From an uncultured Candidatus Saccharibacteria bacterium (GTDB lineage Bacteria; Patescibacteriota; Minisyncoccia; Phycocordibacterales; UBA9988): a DNA stretch of 64,000 nucleotides. Made by a program: the position numbers and the translations under genes. The DNA lies in the NCBI GenBank assembly GCA_964401135.1, contig CAYNXC010000002.1, positions 112,975 to 176,974 on the forward strand, given 5' to 3'. The notes below the pieces were generated by a model, which saw only the letters and a program-made list of their open reading frames with translations, searched no databases and had not been told where the DNA came from. Positions within the stretch are counted from its first letter, which is position 1. The number at the start of each line of letters is the position of its first letter. Below are positions 59,444-64,000 of the stretch, piece after piece.

Positions 59444-60738
59444 AGCATCTGATCCTTGCTCACAGGGAAAAAGCGCGTATCCCAGAAGATAGTGTGCAGC
59501 GTTGCGCGGATGAGTTGAATGGCTACCGTACTCACCTCATTGCCGTAACAGAGTCGGAAGAGTACGATTTTCCAGAATCATCCCTATGTCTACCATTTGA
59601 CTCTGTTATGGAAGAGACCTTGAAATCTCTTACTCCTCGCCTCAAGACAAACAAGCTTTCTTGCATCATCCTCATTGGTTCTGGAGGATCTGCACTTGGA
59701 GCGTACAGTATCTATGCGGCGCGGTACCCTTGGACGGATGCTTTCTCGTCACGGACACCAAAACTCCTAGTTCTCGATGGCCTAAATGCGAGTATTTTGA
59801 AAAGTTTACTCGCGATGCTCGATCGTGGTGTTCGTACTCCAGAAGAAGTGCTAGTGTTTGTCTCTACTAAATCAGGGACCACGACAGAGACGATTGCGCA
59901 GTACGAAGTAATAGCCGAGTACTTACATAATCGCTTCGGATCCGTGCAGGATCGTTTTATTTTTTTCACCGATATGACCTCACCGTTAATGGAGCAGGCG
60001 CGACTACATGGTATGCAAGTACGAGAGACTCCACGCTTAGTGGGGGGGCGTTTCTCTGTCTTCTCATTAGCTCACCTCTTACCCCTCGCTGTCTCTGGAA
60101 TCGAAGTCTTTCCACTCCTTGAGGGAGCACGAGCGATGCGCACGCGTTGCCTTGATGCTGATCTAGATGAGAATCCGGCGCTCTTTTCTGCCGCAGCACT
60201 CTACTACCACTACGAAAAAGGGAAGCGTTCACATTCACTCTTCCTCTTTGATTCTGCCCTCTCTGGGGTTGGGGCTTGGTATCGACAGCTACTCTCAGAG
60301 AGTCTGGGGAAAAATGGGAAGGGGATACTACCCATCATTGCCGTCGGCCCACAGGATCTGCACTCACTCGCGCAGCTCTTCCTTGGTGGTCCGAAAGATT
60401 TTTTCACTACCTTCGTCTCCACTTATGAGGGAGAGAGCCTGCGTCTCCATCGTACCGAACTTGCTCAACATCTCGCTCCCGGCATAGTAGGGAAGAGTGT
60501 TGATGAAATAAATCGTGCAATTAGGAGGGGAGTGGAGGATGCCTACGAGCGACACGGGCTACCTTATCTAAGCGCAGTGCTTCCCGATACGAGCGAGCGT
60601 TCTCTTGGGCAGTTTCTGATGTGGCAGATGATGACAGTTATGTACTTGGGTAAGCTTATGGGAGTAAACTCATTTGATCAACCGGATGTAGAAGATTACA
60701 AACGAGAGACGAAGGGGTATCTATCCCGTCCTTCTTAA
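59440..60738 (+). CDS. pgi: glucose-6-phosphate isomerase (SIS-domain type)
   Basis: IGSGGSALGAYSIY, GGRFSVFSLAHLLPLAVSG motifs. Confidence 0.8.
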   Translation: MKHLILAHREKARIPEDSVQRCADELNGYRTHLIAVTESEEYDFPESSLCLPFDSVMEETLKSLTPRLKTNKLSCIILIGSGGSALGAYSIYAARYPWTDAFSSRTPKLLVLDGLNASILKSLLAMLDRGVRTPEEVLVFVSTKSGTTTETIAQYEVIAEYLHNRFGSVQDRFIFFTDMTSPLMEQARLHGMQVRETPRLVGGRFSVFSLAHLLPLAVSGIEVFPLLEGARAMRTRCLDADLDENPALFSAAALYYHYEKGKRSHSLFLFDSALSGVGAWYRQLLSESLGKNGKGILPIIAVGPQDLHSLAQLFLGGPKDFFTTFVSTYEGESLRLHRTELAQHLAPGIVGKSVDEINRAIRRGVEDAYERHGLPYLSAVLPDTSERSLGQFLMWQMMTVMYLGKLMGVNSFDQPDVEDYKRETKGYLSRPS

Positions 60739-60747
60739 CTCGCCTGT

Positions 60748-61548
60748 ATGAATATTCTCCTTGATATTGGTGGTACAAAGATGCGTATTACTGCGGCGAG
60801 TGGTGGGGATGCCTTTGTCACGCCTCATATTGTAGATACTCCCGCAACGGGAGACGAAGCACTTCGTGTGATTGCCTCAAACGCTCGTGAGCTTGCTAAT
60901 GATAATACAATTAGTGGTGTCTATGCTGGTGTGCGAGCCTATGATCGTATCACTGGCACACTGCGTGACCATCCTCGTCTCCCTATGTGGGAGGGTTTTG
61001 CTATCCGTGATGCACTACAAAAAAATTTCAATACAACCGTAGTAATAGAGAATGATGCTGCTGTGGTAGGGCTTGGAGAAGCAGTCTGCGGAGCAGGGAA
61101 GGGAAGACAGATTGTTGCGTATCTCACTATCTCGACCGGTGTTGGTGGTGCAAAAATAGTAGATGGGCGCATTGATGAGAATGCAATTGGTTTTGAGCCG
61201 GGTGCGGAAATCGTTGATGGTACGCATACCCTTGAAGAGCTCATCTCAGGATCGGCGATAGAGTCTAAGTATGGAATGTCACCAAAGGATATCACTAATC
61301 CTAAAATATGGGAGGAGCTAGCACATTTTTTAGCAATTGGTGTAAACAATGCGATTGTGCACTGGTCTCCGGATTGTGTCGTGCTGGGTGGTAGTATGAT
61401 GAATGAGGTTGGTATCCCGCTTCCCTTAGTAGAAGAGTCTCTCTCCAAGATGCTTACGGTGTATGGTGCTTGTCCACCGATCGTACATGCTTCACTCGGA
61501 GACCTCGGCGGGCTCTACGGCGCGCTTGCACTCTCTCGGCAATCATAA
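60748..61548 (+). CDS. glk: ROK-family glucokinase
   Basis: MNILLDIGGTKMRI ATPase N-terminus, ROK core ENDAAVVGLGEAVCGAG. Confidence 0.75.
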   Translation: MNILLDIGGTKMRITAASGGDAFVTPHIVDTPATGDEALRVIASNARELANDNTISGVYAGVRAYDRITGTLRDHPRLPMWEGFAIRDALQKNFNTTVVIENDAAVVGLGEAVCGAGKGRQIVAYLTISTGVGGAKIVDGRIDENAIGFEPGAEIVDGTHTLEELISGSAIESKYGMSPKDITNPKIWEELAHFLAIGVNNAIVHWSPDCVVLGGSMMNEVGIPLPLVEESLSKMLTVYGACPPIVHASLGDLGGLYGALALSRQS

Positions 61549-61561
61549 GTAATATAAAAAA

Positions 61562-61596
61562 GGGGGCAAGGTATGCGATACCGTACCCCCTTTTTC
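61562..61596 (+). terminator. intrinsic terminator after glk
   Basis: ggggg...ccccc hairpin with inner ggta/tacc stem followed by tttttct. Confidence 0.65.
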
Positions 61597-61798
61597 TGTG
61601 TTCACGCAAGAGTATGTCTATATCTCTGTTAGTCTCTTCTCGAATATACACAAGGGAAGATGAGAGCGCCTGTTGGCTCTTCCTTGGTTATTACGAATCG
61701 TGCCTGGTAAACAACTCCTGCGTGTGTCATTACATAGGCCACCTCCTCTAGGAAGTACTTACGCGATCTTTTTGCATTATACTACGGATCAATCTTCT

Positions 61799-63004
61799 AT
61801 GCAATCTCAAGCTCTGTGCTATAGTGGCAAAGTGTCACACTTTGCTATAGAAAGACGAATTGAGGGGAGCCTTGCGCGAGCGGCTACACTCACCACTCCT
61901 CATGGTGTTATCACAACACCCGCGTTTGTTGCTGTTGGCACTAAGGCGACGATCAAATCACTGACTCCAGAACAGGCAAAGAAAAGTGGTGTACAGGTAG
62001 TATTGGGGAATACTTATCATCTCTATCTGGAGCCCGGAGCGGAGACGGTAGAGAAAGCAAAAGGGCTCGGTACTTTTATGCACTGGGATAGGCCGACAGT
62101 GACGGACTCTGGTGGCTTTCAAGCCTTCTCACTCGGAGCGGCGTACAAAAAAGGGATTAGTAAGATCGCAAAAGGGGAAGCTCCTGTGTGTGAAGATGCC
62201 GAACCATCACTCGCGACTGTGACAGAAGATGGGGTAGCCTTCAAATCCCACTTGGATGGGAGTGAACATTTTTTTACTCCAGAACGATCCATACAGATTC
62301 AGCACCAACTTGGAGCGGATATTATCTTTGCCTTTGACGAGTGTACCTCTCCGCACGCGAATGACACATACCAAGAGGAGGCGATGTGGAGGACGCATCG
62401 CTGGGCGGCACGCTGTCTTACAGAGCACAGAAAGCTTGGTGGTGAGCAGTTACTTTTCGGGATTGTACAAGGGGGGAGGGTGAAAGAGTTACGAGAAGAG
62501 AGTGCAAATACCATCGGCGCTCTGGACTTTGATGGTTTTGGCATTGGTGGCTCCTTCAATAAAGACGACTTAGACACTGCTGTCGCTTGGGTGAACAGGA
62601 TACTTACCGAAGATAGACCACGGCACTTGCTTGGCATCGGTGAGCCGGAGGATATTGTACGTGGGGTTGTGGCAGGGTGCGATCTTTTTGACTGTGTGAC
62701 GCCAACGCGCAACGCACGGAATGGCTCCTTATACACAAAAGTTGGGAGAATGAATATAAGTAACACCAAGTATCGTGAAGATTTTTCTCCCATCGAAGAA
62801 GGATGTGATTGTTACACTTGTACATATATAACCCGTTCCTACCTCGCGCACCTCTTTCGCGCAAAAGAGATGCTCGCGGGTACGCTCGCGACCATACATA
62901 ATCTCCGCTTTCTTACTCGTCTCACCGAGGAGCTTCGTGCTGCAATTCTAAACAGTACTCTAACCGAGTACTCGCAAACATTTTTATCAACATATCAAAA
63001 ATAA
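61799..63004 (+). CDS. tgt: queuine tRNA-ribosyltransferase (start placed at MQSQ; ORF-track start 61673)
   Basis: TPHGVITTPAFVAVGT, VVLGNTYHL, zinc site CDCYTC...H. Confidence 0.85.
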   Translation: MQSQALCYSGKVSHFAIERRIEGSLARAATLTTPHGVITTPAFVAVGTKATIKSLTPEQAKKSGVQVVLGNTYHLYLEPGAETVEKAKGLGTFMHWDRPTVTDSGGFQAFSLGAAYKKGISKIAKGEAPVCEDAEPSLATVTEDGVAFKSHLDGSEHFFTPERSIQIQHQLGADIIFAFDECTSPHANDTYQEEAMWRTHRWAARCLTEHRKLGGEQLLFGIVQGGRVKELREESANTIGALDFDGFGIGGSFNKDDLDTAVAWVNRILTEDRPRHLLGIGEPEDIVRGVVAGCDLFDCVTPTRNARNGSLYTKVGRMNISNTKYREDFSPIEEGCDCYTCTYITRSYLAHLFRAKEMLAGTLATIHNLRFLTRLTEELRAAILNSTLTEYSQTFLSTYQK

Positions 63005-63173
63005 AAAGCGGTCCCACTCGTTGTAATGGGACCGCCGAAGGTAATCGGGCTTGGGGTGCATACTCGCTACTATCAGAGGATGGGAATCCCAGTTTCCGAA
63101 AAGAGCTTCTATTCACACACTAGCATCATTACTGTACCTGTCAATTAGTTGACGAATATGGTAATTTAGTGTG

Positions 63174-64000
63174 ATGTCCACAGGTATATTTAAGCTCAAG
63201 TCACCCTTTGCTCCCGCAGGAGATCAGCCAGAGGCGATAGCGCAGTTGTTGGAGGGGCTCAAAAAAGGCAATCGTTGTCAAACGCTTTTAGGAGTGACCG
63301 GATCGGGTAAGACATTCACTATGGCAAATGTAATTGCCGCAGTACAAAAGCCGACACTCGTCATCGCACACAATAAAACTCTCGCCGCACAACTTGCACA
63401 GGAGTATCGCGAATTTTTTCCTGAGAACGCGGTACACTATTTTGTCTCTTACTATGACTACTATCAGCCGGAGGCCTACCTTCCCGTCACCGATACTTAT
63501 ATAGAGAAGGATGCCTCTATCAACGAGGAGATTGACCGTCTCCGCCACGCCAGTACCCAGGCGCTCCTCACACGTAAGGATGTAATTATTGTCGCATCAG
63601 TTTCATGTATCTATGGATTGGGGAGTCCCAAGGAGTATGAGCGCGAGAATCTTAAATTACTCGTTGGAGAAATTTCTTCTCGTAGTAAGCTCCTCCAACA
63701 TTTGGTAGATATTCACTTTGAGCGCATCCCGCCGGCAGGTGGGTCTGATCTCACACCAGGGAGATTTCGCACCACTGGTAACACGGTTGAGATCATGCCG
63801 ACGGGTGAGACGCTGGTGTATAATGTGCGCTTGGAGGGCTCTACCATTACAGAGATCACAGTTATTGATCCCGTCTCCCGCCGCATTCTTCGTGAGGAGA
63901 AGTGTATTTTTATTTTTCCAGCAAAACACTTTATTACTACAAAAAAAGCGCGTGAGGCGGCGATCAAGTCTATACAGATTGAATTAGATGAGCGGCTGAA
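63174..64000 (+). CDS. uvrB: excinuclease ABC subunit B, 5-prime part (continues beyond window; absent from ORF track because no stop)
   Basis: MSTGIFKLKSPFAPAGDQPEAI...LLGVTGSGKTFTMANVIA...LVIAHNKTLAAQL...YFVSYYDYYQPEAY. Confidence 0.9.
   Translation, partial: MSTGIFKLKSPFAPAGDQPEAIAQLLEGLKKGNRCQTLLGVTGSGKTFTMANVIAAVQKPTLVIAHNKTLAAQLAQEYREFFPENAVHYFVSYYDYYQPEAYLPVTDTYIEKDASINEEIDRLRHASTQALLTRKDVIIVASVSCIYGLGSPKEYERENLKLLVGEISSRSKLLQHLVDIHFERIPPAGGSDLTPGRFRTTGNTVEIMPTGETLVYNVRLEGSTITEITVIDPVSRRILREEKCIFIFPAKHFITTKKAREAAIKSIQIELDERL

Noticed and set aside
63004-63040. Hairpin gcggtccca...tgggaccgc after tgt as terminator
   Set aside because: No downstream T-run on the plus strand; possibly a weak or rho-dependent end, so not called.
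1-64000. CRISPR arrays, rRNA genes, transposase/IS elements
   Set aside because: No direct-repeat/spacer periodicity, no rRNA-like conserved blocks and no DDE/IS transposase ORFs were seen anywhere in the window.

Overview
The window reads as a 64-kb stretch of bacterial chromosome at roughly 50% GC. Genes are compact and often overlap. Seven of the eight tRNA genes lack an encoded CCA, and several housekeeping proteins are short (DnaX 352 aa, Rel 485 aa). This is consistent with a small-genome, possibly CPR/Patescibacteria-like organism (inference only). Left third, 1-19 kb: housekeeping. It holds the 3-prime part of clpB, tRNA-Tyr and tRNA-Arg, an AT-rich K/E-rich ORF, rpmG (missed by the ORF track), tRNA-Trp, miaA, tRNA-Leu, parB, rel, topA, dprA, serS, an ftsQ-like gene, a three-domain peptidoglycan-remodelling fusion, an amidase, dus and dnaX. 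From about 19.0 to 33.3 kb, a visibly AT-richer integrated mobile element sits at tRNA-Gln. It carries a large serine recombinase whose 3-prime end runs through the tRNA, a primase-polymerase/helicase replication protein, an excisionase-like HTH protein and a complete Type I R-M system (HsdR plus a fused HsdM-HsdS). These are followed by a translationally coupled Mrr-like PD-(D/E)xK protein with an unrecognised N-terminal domain, an SppA (S49) peptidase, a 4-TM protein and a small protein. I regard this defence/cargo module as the most likely undescribed system in the window. Right half: a cytochrome b5-like protein, two GH15-family glucoamylase-like genes, DedA, a bactofilin-like repeat protein, MscL, the conserved uncharacterised DUF2157-DUF4401-GDYXXLXY triad and a VIT-family transporter. 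It also holds a 1437-aa double-ASKHA activase/dehydratase-like fusion with a consensus sigma-70 promoter, a copper module (HMA-DsbD-like-cupredoxin protein, CopA and small peptides), a glycogen/alpha-glucan cluster with the oxidative pentose-phosphate genes (glgA-like, GH57, GH15, zwf, gnd, pgi, glk), tgt and the 5-prime part of uvrB. An approximately 600-bp ORF-free, structured region at 32.95-33.56 kb may hold a reduced RNase P-like RNA; this is low confidence. No rRNA, no CRISPR array and no transposase were seen.
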